Below, piece after piece: positions 17,809 through 29,500 of a stretch of 64,000 bases of DNA. Made by a program: the position numbers and the translations under genes. Positions within the stretch are counted from its first letter, which is position 1, and each line of letters begins with the position of its first letter. The notes beneath the pieces were generated by a model, which was not told the origin of the DNA, did no database searches, and saw only the letters and a list, made by a program, of their open reading frames with translations. Source of the stretch: a virus; IMG/VR virus record IMGVR_UViG_3300043436_001870, positions 32,001-96,000 of that record. One strand, 5' to 3'.

Positions 17809-20800
17809 TTATCTCCAATTTTGTGCTTTTACAAAGTTAGTTACTGCCATTGCAGGATCCAAAGATTTACCTGTTGCTCCAAATGATCTAGCTAAATATG
17901 TTAAGGGTTTATACCCTTCAATCGGATTATCAGTGCCTCCTTCCTGCATCCATACATATGGTCCTTCACGTTGATCAAAGTAGGCCTTTGAATCATCAGT
18001 ACCAAAAAGACTATGCATAGCACTTGTAGTTAAGCCTCCTATGATTTTCCCATAGTTGTCAAATGTATTGTGCATTGCAACTGAGTCAAACTTTAACATC
18101 TCTAGATAGTTACCACCAGTTAACCATTGTTGTTGTTCATTTTTTAAACCCATAGCCATCATCAATGCATGGTTAGATAACCAACCCATAAACTTAAAAT
18201 CTGTTTCAGTTTCTGATGTGCCTATGAATGGTAATGGTCCAGACTTCTTACGGAGTTTTTCAAACTTATCTGGATCATCATAATCAAATCCAAATATCAT
18301 TGATATTGATAATACAAGTAATGCTAAGCTTCCTACATCAACTAGTGATTTAATCACAGCAATTTTTTCAGAATCTGTTCTAGATCTATAGTAGTCACTA
18401 CCTTGTCTGATACTTCTTACAAGAAGTCTTAATGACTCAACGTGGTAACCCATTACTGTATCTCCTACTGCTGCATCAAATCTATATTGAGGATCTCTCC
18501 ATGAACCTCTAAACTGGAATCGATTTAAGAACATTCTTACAAACCATCTCTTGAATGCAATGATCCATTTGAATAGTAAGTATCTATCAGCATCAGCATA
18601 GTCAAACTTAGCAAATGAACCGGCCAGGTTATTTGTTACACCCTGTACCTTATTCTTAAATGCTTTGAATTTTTCTCCACCAACTCCCCATTCAGGATCT
18701 ACTCCTTCTTTAATTCTTATCTGACCATCTACAGTTTCCCATGCATCCATGTAGGGAATTCTTTCTGTTCTACCATTTACAGTTCTTTCTACGGTTTGAT
18801 GATACATCATGGCACCAAAGATTGAAACTGTTGAGTTTAATTCTGTCCATTTTCTAAAGCTAGTCATCCAACTCAAACCACCAAGGGCATCCTGTGCAAA
18901 GGATCTTGACATCTGCTCACCAAACTTTTCCTCAAATCTTCCCTGATATGCATCAAAGACCATGATCAATTGTTCATTATGAGTCTTTGGTTTACCTGTA
19001 TATAAGTTCATGCTGAGATCCATTGCTGCATTTGTTGCCCACAATTGACCTTTACCATAGTTAGCAGTATTAAAGTATCTACCTCCTGCTGCTTCAATCA
19101 TAGATTGAATTCTTAATGAGAAGTCATTCTTTAATGCTGATGGAATGTCTAATGCAAAATAACCAAAAGCAGAATACTTCATGATCTGCTGTGCTGTTTT
19201 TGTTACCCATCTTGCATCATTATCATTACCAAGAGCACCCTTTGCCATCACACCTTCAAATTCTCTTTCAATAAAGTTGTCTATAGCTCTTTGTCTTACT
19301 GATTTATCCTTCTGTTCCTGTTGCCAAAGAGCCTTCTGTTTAATATTATTAGCAATGTTTCTTGCTTTTATTTGGCTATTAGATATACCTTTCTGAATGT
19401 TTACATAGTTAGATGGATCATGTAGTACAGACTGTAAAGCTCGGGCCATTGGATTCATCTCAATCAGAGCTCTTTGTTTTTCAGCTGACAACATATATCT
19501 AAGCATACCTCCTACAACATCCAATGATACATCACTTACACCTAAGTCGGACAAACCATGAATAGGAATACCTGCATACTGATCATCATATAAATCTCCA
19601 TCCATAATCATTGATTGCTCTTCATAATTGAAGCCACGATCAAAGTCATCTGATGAACCTTTAAATAAATTTCTGACATTCCTCCACCATCCAGATATAG
19701 GATTTTCTGGTTTCTTATCTGCATTTAGGAAGTTCAGATTTCTTTCATAGTTACTAGTCATGAATCTTGGAATGTCCAAGAATAATTTAGATTGACTAGG
19801 ACTTCCCTCTTGAAATCTTAAATGATATTTAGAGAGAGCAAGAATAGCATCATAAAGAGGCTTATCATTCTTCTTAATATCAAAGAACTGTTGATTGATG
19901 AATCTATTATCAGGAGCATCAAGACGTGGTAAGTGTCTACCATAATTATCTACAGTAGCCAATGTAGGATCACCTTGTTCTAATGCCTCAAGCATTGTTA
20001 CTTCCTTTACAATATACTCATCCTTTACAATACGTTTGGTATACTGCTGTGAAGGAACACCAAGAACTGTTTCAGTTTCACCCTTAGAATTAGTAAATGT
20101 AAATGTCTCATAGTGTTTAGCATTGCTAGGTCTTGTGACATTCCATGCTCTTACTCTTGAGATCTTTGTTGTAGGTGCCCCTGTTTTATCTCGGGTCTGC
20201 TTCATTGTATGGTTTTCATCAAACCATGCCTTTACTTCAGGATATTTTGAGATAACTGTGTTATAGAATGTTGGATCAAGAATTTTATCTGCATTATCTG
20301 GAGTAATATCCTTAGAACCAATTGTATCTATAAGAGTTTTAATAGGAATAAGACTAAATATTGAATTGGCTGTATCAAGATAATAAACTGTAGGAACAGA
20401 CTGTCTCAATTCTGAGAGCTCGTTGTATAGTTCCATGATTCTTTGCTTGTCTGCCTTTGACAAACCATACAAGGATCTCTTATCCATAAGACTACTAAAT
20501 CTTGAAGACTCAAATTGATCTAGTCCTCTTGTAGATTTGATTTCAAATAAATCATTTAATTCCTGCTGCTCTAATTTAGTGAGACCGGTGATACCTATAA
20601 GAGCATCCTTAGCCTTTTCAATCTTCTCCTCAACAGCTTTAATTGCAGCAATGTTGTTTACACTCATTGCTGTACCATCTGGCTGCATATCCTCATCTCT
20701 ATAAGGATTAAGGAGCTGTCTCATTTCTTCATACAACTCATCAATCTTAATAGTAGCAGCAACAGTTGCAGGGAGTTTAGCTTTGATAGCATTGATCTCA

Positions 20801-23529
20801 TCCACTATTCTCTGCTGTTCTTGGTAGTAACTTTCCTTCAGTTGAATTCTTGTATTCTTTGCTATCCACTGAAGTCTGAGTTTATCCTTTACTTGTTGAG
20901 GATAGTTCTTTCTGCTAAGCTCATCCTCATATCTTGTAAGGGCATCTGTAAACAAGGTAGGCATGACCTCTGATGTATAGAAGTCCTTTGAGGCTTCTCT
21001 AAACTCTCTCAGTCTCTGTGCTATTGCAATTTCCTCAGGGCTCTTTAGTTGACCGGCTGCATTAAAATTTGAATGCATTAGTCTATACTCCTTCCATAAT
21101 ACATCAAGACCTTCAGTTACGGCCTTGTTTTCTTCCTCACTGTTTCTATCTACAGTAGTACTAAGGTTTTGAATTCTAGCAAGCAAATCTTTTCTTCTTG
21201 CCTCAGCTATAGGACCAACTGTATCATTATCATCCTTCTTAAATATTTTATATCTTTCATAATACTCTTTTACAAAAGGAGTATGAAAGTATGTTCTCAT
21301 GAAAATATCCTTCTCTAACTTGAGACGGATTGCTTCTGAGTCATCACCTGTTTGCTGAGCTTTTAATACGGCATCTTCAATGTCTTTGTCCATCTTAGCT
21401 GTTGCAGCTCTATAATCCTTGTAAGGATTGATGATGGTTCTCACTTCTTTGTCACTTGTAGTGCCACTTGCATCTCTTGCTGGTCTGCGATCAACAAATG
21501 TAATCTTTGCACCAAATGCTGCTGGATTGCTTTGATTGTATCCTGCTCTATCAAGTATTGGTTTTACATCACTAATAAAAGCATTACCTCTACTCTGTGC
21601 AGTAGTCATGACATCAGTTACTCTGTTCTTTACCCACATTGCAAATCCAAATACAATTGGATCCTGGTTATAAATGTAACCTTCCAAGAATGAATTTAAA
21701 GCACTGGCATCACCAATGTTACCCTGCATCAAATAATCAATTTTCTCTTCAGAGAGATATGCTCCTTTCTTAAAGGAGATTCTCTTAAGCTTCTCATAGT
21801 TCTCAGCAGCTACACCAGTAAGCTTTTCTCCTTTTTCAATTCTTTCTTTAAATGACAAGAATGCTTTTAGCTGATCTGGTTCAAGACCCCAGTAATCTTT
21901 CATACGGAGAAGTCTAGTTTGTTCAGATAAACCAAGTTTGTCTATATCTTGCATCAACTTCTTGTACTTATCATCAATGTACTGCTGCATTGGTTTCAAC
22001 TGAGTTTTAATTAACTCACTTGTACCATTGAAATATACCTTTCTTGTAGAGATCTTAGCTGTATCTATCTGACCCTTGATATTCTCTACCAATTCAAAAA
22101 TAGGATTCTCTGCCTCAATGTATCCATCTTGTTGAGCCTGTGCAAGAGTTTCCTTGAAATTATCAATGAAATTTTCCCATCCATTAAGAACATCATTGAA
22201 GTAGAATACAGTAGCAATATTATCCTTAGAATTTGGATCCTTTACAAGCCCAGTAATAGCACGGTTCATTTTAGTAGCCATACTTAATAGTCTGTCCAAA
22301 CTCTGAACAAATGCTGTAGTGTGACTTTGTGCAGTACGTATCTCCTGCATTATTTTGTCAATCTCCTGGGTTATAAAAGTAGTTGCATCCTGAAATGGTG
22401 TAAGGTTTCTTTTAATTTCCTCAAGGTCATTTCTATTATACTTATCTTTGATAATCTCAGCAGCAGCTGCATAGTCCTTGTTCTTTTGAATAAGACCTAA
22501 GTACTTATTCATTACAACATACATCTCATTAGTAGACTCAATGAGTGCATTCTTTGGTAAGTTATCTAACCCCTGTATTACTTCTTGTAGGTCAGTATAG
22601 TATTTGACTACATCTTCTTCAGACACAGCATCTAGATCAAGAATAAACTTGTCTAGAACAAGCATGTCTGCTAGTTGATCTAATGTGGTGTCTACACTTA
22701 ACTTCTCAATGGTAATCTTTTCCTCCTTGCCAAAAATCTTTCTTAAGATTTGGCGGATTGCATATAGAATATCAGAGATGAACTTATTAAAGGCACTGTC
22801 TTTCTTCTCTACTGCAGCTTCAGTAAGAGCCATTACTAATAGCTCTTCCATAATAACAGGATCGTCCTCTGCTAATTCAGGGTAAGCTTGTTTAGCTGCC
22901 TCAAGAAGTTTTGGACCCATTGATGTCTGAAGTACCTGGCTAACCAGTTTATCAAACAATGGTTTATTAGATAACTGAATTGCTCTAATTACAGGGTGAG
23001 CAAACTCGTGGAATGCAGTCTTCTCTGTAATCAAATTAGGAATTACATATACTCTCCCCTGAAAGAAGAATGCTGGCTGACCTTTCCATGGATTGGCAGA
23101 ACCTGCTGTAATTTCTGCAGCTGTCTCTGCTGTAATAACATCATAAGGAATACTTGTACTCTGACTTAAAGCAAAAAGAAACTGAGTCATTCTTGCTGTT
23201 ACCTTAAGACTACCCTGTGACTTTGCATCAAGAGTAATAGGATTAACAATTGTACTGTATGCTGGATCTGTATTTATTGATGTTTGAAATCCATTATACA
23301 TAGCACCAAGTGGTACATTCTTTAATCCCGGAGCATGAATTGCTAATGTCTCAAGCATGTCATTAAACTGCTCAATTGTAGGAATCTCTATATCCTCACC
23401 AGCTTGTTTGTTCTGGTTAATTGTAAGATATGCACGTTTTACTTCCTGCTCTGCTATTTCAGCAAGACCAATTGATTTAGCATATTCAATAAGGGGATCA
23501 AGCACCCCAGGCATAGGACAAGCTACCAT
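17809..23529 (-). CDS. Giant virion ejection (cargo) protein with N-terminal zincin-like domain
   Basis: 1906 aa; HEFAH...EE motif (~22996-23010); hydrophobic helix near the C-terminus; lies directly downstream of the vRNAP gene. Confidence 0.8.
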   Translation of the reverse strand: MVACPMPGVLDPLIEYAKSIGLAEIAEQEVKRAYLTINQNKQAGEDIEIPTIEQFNDMLETLAIHAPGLKNVPLGAMYNGFQTSINTDPAYSTIVNPITLDAKSQGSLKVTARMTQFLFALSQSTSIPYDVITAETAAEITAGSANPWKGQPAFFFQGRVYVIPNLITEKTAFHEFAHPVIRAIQLSNKPLFDKLVSQVLQTSMGPKLLEAAKQAYPELAEDDPVIMEELLVMALTEAAVEKKDSAFNKFISDILYAIRQILRKIFGKEEKITIEKLSVDTTLDQLADMLVLDKFILDLDAVSEEDVVKYYTDLQEVIQGLDNLPKNALIESTNEMYVVMNKYLGLIQKNKDYAAAAEIIKDKYNRNDLEEIKRNLTPFQDATTFITQEIDKIMQEIRTAQSHTTAFVQSLDRLLSMATKMNRAITGLVKDPNSKDNIATVFYFNDVLNGWENFIDNFKETLAQAQQDGYIEAENPIFELVENIKGQIDTAKISTRKVYFNGTSELIKTQLKPMQQYIDDKYKKLMQDIDKLGLSEQTRLLRMKDYWGLEPDQLKAFLSFKERIEKGEKLTGVAAENYEKLKRISFKKGAYLSEEKIDYLMQGNIGDASALNSFLEGYIYNQDPIVFGFAMWVKNRVTDVMTTAQSRGNAFISDVKPILDRAGYNQSNPAAFGAKITFVDRRPARDASGTTSDKEVRTIINPYKDYRAATAKMDKDIEDAVLKAQQTGDDSEAIRLKLEKDIFMRTYFHTPFVKEYYERYKIFKKDDNDTVGPIAEARRKDLLARIQNLSTTVDRNSEEENKAVTEGLDVLWKEYRLMHSNFNAAGQLKSPEEIAIAQRLREFREASKDFYTSEVMPTLFTDALTRYEDELSRKNYPQQVKDKLRLQWIAKNTRIQLKESYYQEQQRIVDEINAIKAKLPATVAATIKIDELYEEMRQLLNPYRDEDMQPDGTAMSVNNIAAIKAVEEKIEKAKDALIGITGLTKLEQQELNDLFEIKSTRGLDQFESSRFSSLMDKRSLYGLSKADKQRIMELYNELSELRQSVPTVYYLDTANSIFSLIPIKTLIDTIGSKDITPDNADKILDPTFYNTVISKYPEVKAWFDENHTMKQTRDKTGAPTTKISRVRAWNVTRPSNAKHYETFTFTNSKGETETVLGVPSQQYTKRIVKDEYIVKEVTMLEALEQGDPTLATVDNYGRHLPRLDAPDNRFINQQFFDIKKNDKPLYDAILALSKYHLRFQEGSPSQSKLFLDIPRFMTSNYERNLNFLNADKKPENPISGWWRNVRNLFKGSSDDFDRGFNYEEQSMIMDGDLYDDQYAGIPIHGLSDLGVSDVSLDVVGGMLRYMLSAEKQRALIEMNPMARALQSVLHDPSNYVNIQKGISNSQIKARNIANNIKQKALWQQEQKDKSVRQRAIDNFIEREFEGVMAKGALGNDNDARWVTKTAQQIMKYSAFGYFALDIPSALKNDFSLRIQSMIEAAGGRYFNTANYGKGQLWATNAAMDLSMNLYTGKPKTHNEQLIMVFDAYQGRFEEKFGEQMSRSFAQDALGGLSWMTSFRKWTELNSTVSIFGAMMYHQTVERTVNGRTERIPYMDAWETVDGQIRIKEGVDPEWGVGGEKFKAFKNKVQGVTNNLAGSFAKFDYADADRYLLFKWIIAFKRWFVRMFLNRFQFRGSWRDPQYRFDAAVGDTVMGYHVESLRLLVRSIRQGSDYYRSRTDSEKIAVIKSLVDVGSLALLVLSISMIFGFDYDDPDKFEKLRKKSGPLPFIGTSETETDFKFMGWLSNHALMMAMGLKNEQQQWLTGGNYLEMLKFDSVAMHNTFDNYGKIIGGLTTSAMHSLFGTDDSKAYFDQREGPYVWMQEGGTDNPIEGYKPLTYLARSFGATGKSLDPAMAVTNFVKAQNWR

Positions 23530-26500
23530 TTACTTAAAGCATTTATTATTAAACTCAGCAATTTCTTCATCTGTTACAGGAGCACCATATTGTACAACAA
23601 TACGTCCTTCACCAAAAGTCAAGTAGTGAGGATTGATATATCCAAACTTCTCAAATAATTGTTGTGAAAGATACAAAAAGGTTTGGACACCTATGGTTGT
23701 TTTATCAGCATACTGTGCATCAGCAGCTGCCGGGAAGTATTCATTGTAACCAATGAGGTACTGACCATATCCATTAGAATCAAATGCAAGGTTGACACCA
23801 GATTCTTTCTTCTCCATAAGAGCAGCAATGTCTTCATCAATCATTGCTTTGTTCTCTTTAAGAGTAGCATCTGTCCATGCAGCCTTAGCATTGAAGTCCT
23901 TGATCTTACCTTCCTTAGCTTGAGAGACACGTGGTAATGATTTAGTTCTTATACCCAAAGAATTGTCACCCATAGCTCTGTAAACAACATTAGTACCAGC
24001 TGTATCTCTACTTTGTGTTGATGCTTCATTCCTCACAAATATTGTATTAGGATAGTCAACACTTAGCTGTATAGCATTCTGATCTGTTAGTTTATCAAAC
24101 TGATTAACTACCTTTTTGGTTTTTTCATCTGTGCTTGTAAGGAGGTTGAATGTAAGTACACCTGTAGATGTATCCTGCAGCAATTCAAACAAAGTTAAAG
24201 TCTGAATATCACCAACTCTTTTCTTATTTGTAGACTTACTGATTTTACCAGCAACTACTTTTTTAGAACCAAAGTCACCGTTCCATTCAATGTTTTGACC
24301 CCCCGATTGACCATTTCTATTTAGAGCATAAGCAATGTTTGTCGCTCTAGATAAAGCTACATACTTTAATTGGTTTTTTTCTTCTAGGGAAACAGGTGCC
24401 TCAATAATTGACTCTGTATCTACAAACACATTTGTATATGTTGATCCTTGTGACTTATGAATAGTATGAGCATAGCCATAGTCTATTGACTTTTTAAGAA
24501 CTACTCTACCTTTTTTATCCGTAACGTCAAATGGAGTCATTATAGAATCTTTCAATCCACTGTATATTGCAAATGCTTGATTTGCTCTTAGCTCTCCTGA
24601 TTCAACCTGAGCATCTAAAGATTTTTGATATTCAACCAGTTTCTGAGCAAGAAGATTAATAATTTCTTGAGAGGTGCTTCTACTTAATACAAACTTCTCA
24701 TATATATCACCATCACCATCTATTTCTTGTAGTTGTATTGTATATCCAGTTAGTTCAAGACCTCCTAGACCATTAAATGTCATTTTATTTTCTGCTTGAA
24801 CGGATAGTACTTCATAATCAACAGAGTTATTTATTTGAAATGTTCCACCTTTTTTATAGCCTACATTTTCATATGCCATAATAATGTCACCTATAACATA
24901 TTCTAGAATCTTAGACGTATCTACTTCTTTATCAAACCAGATTTTGTTTCTTACAACCTGGTTAAAATCCTCTACCCTTTCATTAGAATGTGACAATATT
25001 CTTACAAAGTTTCTATTGTTCTTAAAGTTTTCAGACTTAAAAGCAGCAATAGCTTGTCTTGTGAAATCAACTCCAGTCTTTGTTGTAACAATGCCTTGAT
25101 TACCAGAAAGTTCTGTTTTAGCATCTATAGCTGATGTATCCTTTTTCTGATTATTACGAATGTCTTCAAGTATAGGACCTAATGGATTTGATCCAGCTTG
25201 TCTTTCTACTTTAGTCAGTTCATACTTATAGGGATGATCAAATGCTTTAGATCTCTTAGAGGTAGTCTTATCTTCCTCTACAGGATTAAGCTGTGCAGGA
25301 TCTCCAATGAATAAGATCTTTGTTTTACCTTCTCCAGCATAATCAGACAGAGCATCAAATAACTCATCACCTACAAGTGAAGCCTCATCTACAATTACTA
25401 CATCAGGTTTATAAAGAGATTCTTTTTGTACAGTTAACTTAATTTTACGAAGGTCTGTCTTAGTAAGCTTAGATGAGCTACCAAGACCTAGAAGCTTCTG
25501 TAATGTCACAGCTCCTGTCTTTGCTAGTTTGGCAATTACCTTCTTAGCTTTATGAGTAGGTGCTGTTACATTAATAGAGAGACCTCTTTGTCTCATGTAC
25601 TCAAGGGCAATCTTTGTGATACTTGATTTACCTGTACCAGCATAACCCATCAGAGTAAATACATCCTGGTTAGGATTATCAATGAAGTCAGCAATCTGCT
25701 GCAATGCTTCAAGCTGTTGATCATTAGGTGTAAATGGTATATCAAGCTTATCAAGATTTAGATTAATACCATTTATTGTAACAATACGACCAGGAGTCTC
25801 TTCCTCTGTTTCAAGTGGTGTTTCTAATTCAGATACAGTGTCATCTGTAATTCTAACAATATCTGAAGGTATTCCCTCAGGATTAAATGCGTAGTTCTTA
25901 AGCTTGTTACTTACATTCTTATTGTCAATTCTATACTGATTATTAAACAATGATGTATACTCATCAAGAACAGTATTAGGTCTAGCCTTTAGATCAGTAA
26001 GAAACTTATCATAGGATGACTTAAGAAGACCATAGAACATATCATTAGGAACAGCTCTGATTAAGCTGAACGCAGATGTAGTATCAATACCTGTCTGAAG
26101 TAATGCATATAAACCAAATCTTGCAAATACCTTTGAGATTCTTTCATTCTCAATTGGATCTTCTACCTTAATTACATTAGGGTCAGCTAGTTCTTCAATC
26201 TGCTGAGTATATAGATCAAGTTCTTCAGGTGTAGGTCTGTCACCAGTAAACTTAAGGTTGTTAATAGTAACCTCTTGTTTCTTACCATCATTGGTTACAA
26301 ATGATGATCCTCCTGTACTAATCTCAAGTCTATCAAGAACCTCATACTTGTCTAAAAGTGATGGGTTCTCCTTACCAATTTCAAGTACTTGCTTAGCATA
26401 AGATCTACCACCAAAGAACATGTGTCCATGGTAGTTGAGATTATCCAAAGCCATATCTCTTAGAGTAGCCTCATAAGCTTTAAATGCTGGCTTTGAATCA

Positions 26501-29500
26501 TTCTTGAATGTATTTAGATGCGTCTTATAGATAGATGAGTTCTTTAAGTTTTCTGGACTATTCTTCTCAAAAGATCTTAGGACTTCTCTTTCATATACAA
26601 ACTTAGTATAGAGAGCCTCAGCTGTCTTAGCATCATACAATGCAAATACAGATGACTCCACAGGTGCTACCTCGTTCTCCCACATAGAATCTTTAGAATA
26701 CAATTCCTGTTGGAAAGTTGTAAGGATATCAGACTTACTTGCATACAAGATACCATTTTTTACTCTTGCTCCGGCACGAAGATATGTGACACCTTCAATA
26801 GGAACTTGTACTTCAAATCCTCTGTATACACCTTGTGTCTGATTGAATCTATAGTAATTAGATTGGAATACATAGTTAATCAAATCACTTCTGAATCTTT
26901 CAATGTACTCATCAGCATCAAGACCAGTCATCTTCTTATATGCAGATATAGGAGGCATACCCGAGATATCCTTATCAGTAAGGGATGCTATTTTTCTATT
27001 TACCTCCTTGCTATCTCTTAATGGGAATAGGTCACTGAATAAATCAAGGATGAAGTCTTGAATCTTGTAGGCAGACACCGGTGAATTTTCAATGATGTTC
27101 TGAATAGACTCGGGCTCAATACCATTAGCAAGGTCATCAATCTTAGCTAGTCTTAATCTAGCATCAAGAAGTGTCTCTGTCTTAGTACGGTCAAAGTTCA
27201 AGTTCTGAGTAAGCTGAGTAATCTGTGAAGACATCTCACTTATTTCAAGGAAGTGAAGGAATACAGAACGGTCATAATTATCAAAATCATTTGACTTATT
27301 AAGACGGCCTGCTAGGTCTGCTTTCTTAAACTCACCTATACCTTCTACAAGTCTATCAATTTCTTCAAAAACAAGTCTCTTACTAGGCTTCTTGTTCTTA
27401 TACTTGGAGGTAGAATCCTTATCAGACTTCTCTTGGAAATCTGCTACAAGCCAGTTAAAGCCATACTTATTATCACCCTTATCAGCAAATAGTATACGGT
27501 CTCTTGCCTCATTTCTAAAGAAGTTACCTACATCACCATAGCCAATAGCTCTAGAGTACTGACTCTTAAACTTACGTTGCTCCTTAACAAAGTCACGTAT
27601 GATTGGTTGAGACAAGAAGTATACGGCATCCTCAACAGGTACACCTGCCATGGTCATAAAGAGAAGACTGTTAATCAGCTCCTTGTTACCCTGAACATCA
27701 AAGATCCATGCTTTCTTAGCCACGTCAACAGAACCGTTGATCAATTGGCTGATAATGTCTGAGATCTTGTTTAACTGTTCGGCATCATAATTTGCTGATA
27801 ATGTTATACTATCACCTATCTTGTTGTGTGCAAACTTCAGTCTTTGTGGGTGCTCTACCGAACCTCTTTGAGTCTGAGTAATAATACGATTCTTTGTAAG
27901 AACCAAACCTGATCTACCAAAGATTGATTGAAATGTATTTACAACTGCAATGATACCTAGTACATCCTTCCCTACGTTGTTTGACTGATGCTTATATAGG
28001 TTTCTTCCTACCTCAAATATTTCAGAAAGTCCTTTAGCCTTCTGTGTGCCTGCTCCTTTAGTTTCTTTAGCAATAGTCTCACCCAACGGTTCCATAGTGT
28101 CCGTTGTATTAGGTGTAATAAGACTGCTGAAGTTAAATGGATCAAGAAGAATATCCTTGATTACACCTAGAAGTTGGTTTTCAAGACCGGCCTTATCATC
28201 ACCAAAGTTCATTACTGCAGAGGTCTTGTCTTCATAGTAAGTATCAATAGCTCTAAGTATATCTTTCTCCTCTTCTGTAAGAGTAGAGATGTCTAGATCT
28301 TCACCTAGTTGAACTAATTCTTTTATTTCATTGACTATAGCAGCATCAATTCCAAAACCAAGAATATCAGATATTAAAGCATAGTCTTCCTCATTAACCT
28401 CTCTCTTTGTTTTGATGGTTGGGAAGAAGGTAAACATCTTATCAATGTCAAAGTCACCACCAGACTTAGCAACAATCTCTGCAGGAAGAATAACAATGTT
28501 ACCTGACTCCTCTGGAAGGAATTCAAACACCTCCATGACCTCCATAGAGTTTAGACCTTGAACTGGGATACGTACAGCAGCAGTTGTTACCATTGCTCTG
28601 TTGTCCCCTTGGTTCAACCACCACTCCTGCTTTATAAGATGATTTAATGCATCCAGTCTAGTTACTCCATTCTCATTAGAGTATTTTACTACATCAGCAT
28701 GATTTAGTAAGTTCTTAAATGGACCTTGTAAGGATATCTTGATCTTCATTGCTGATACAGATATCACATTACCTTTCTTATCTAATTTAGGATTATAGAA
28801 TGGTAGACCATTTGTACCACCATATCTTCCTATTTCTTCTTCTGTAGCTGTTCTTAATCTACCTTGTTCAAATCCTACTCCAGATACTTGTACTAATGAT
28901 TCACCAGTTAATTTCTGATTAAGTATTCTCTTCTGAGCAATGTTTACAAGAGCTCTTTCAATTACATCTGCTGATGGAGATAAGTCTAGATCTCTTAACA
29001 GAGTATCTGTAGCTTCATCTACACCTAAGAAGTCTACCTCATGCTCAGACAGTTTCTTACCTGGGCCAGACAATTCACTCTTAATGAATTCAATCAGACT
29101 TTTCTTAGTAGAACCTACCTGATCTCTGATTTTCTGTTTCTCAATCTCTACAAGACTGTCTAGAATCTTTTCAAATCTAGATGCATATCTAGCAAACTTT
29201 GTAGAAAGCTTATCATTCTCAGCATTCCAGAGTCTGTATCTTTCATTCTTGTCTGCTATATTTGGTTTGTAATCTACAGGAACCTTATTTTCAAATAGAC
29301 CCTGCTCAATTAATTTACGTAGCTGAGAAGAGAATGTAACTTTCTTTTTGTAATACTCAGCTACTTCTAACTGATCCTTGAAGTAATCAAGGAAAACAGT
29401 ATTCTTTGTAAACTGATAAGTTGGTGCATCAAATGCATAACCCTCAGTTGTTCTTTGATTATCATTGTAGAACTTATCTGCCTTACCATCTTTAGTAATA

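Noticed and set aside
17729-17974. 81-aa + strand ORF after the terminator
   Set aside because: Antisense to the 1906-aa gene end and the 46-aa basic ORF, downstream of the + strand terminator, with a non-ATG start
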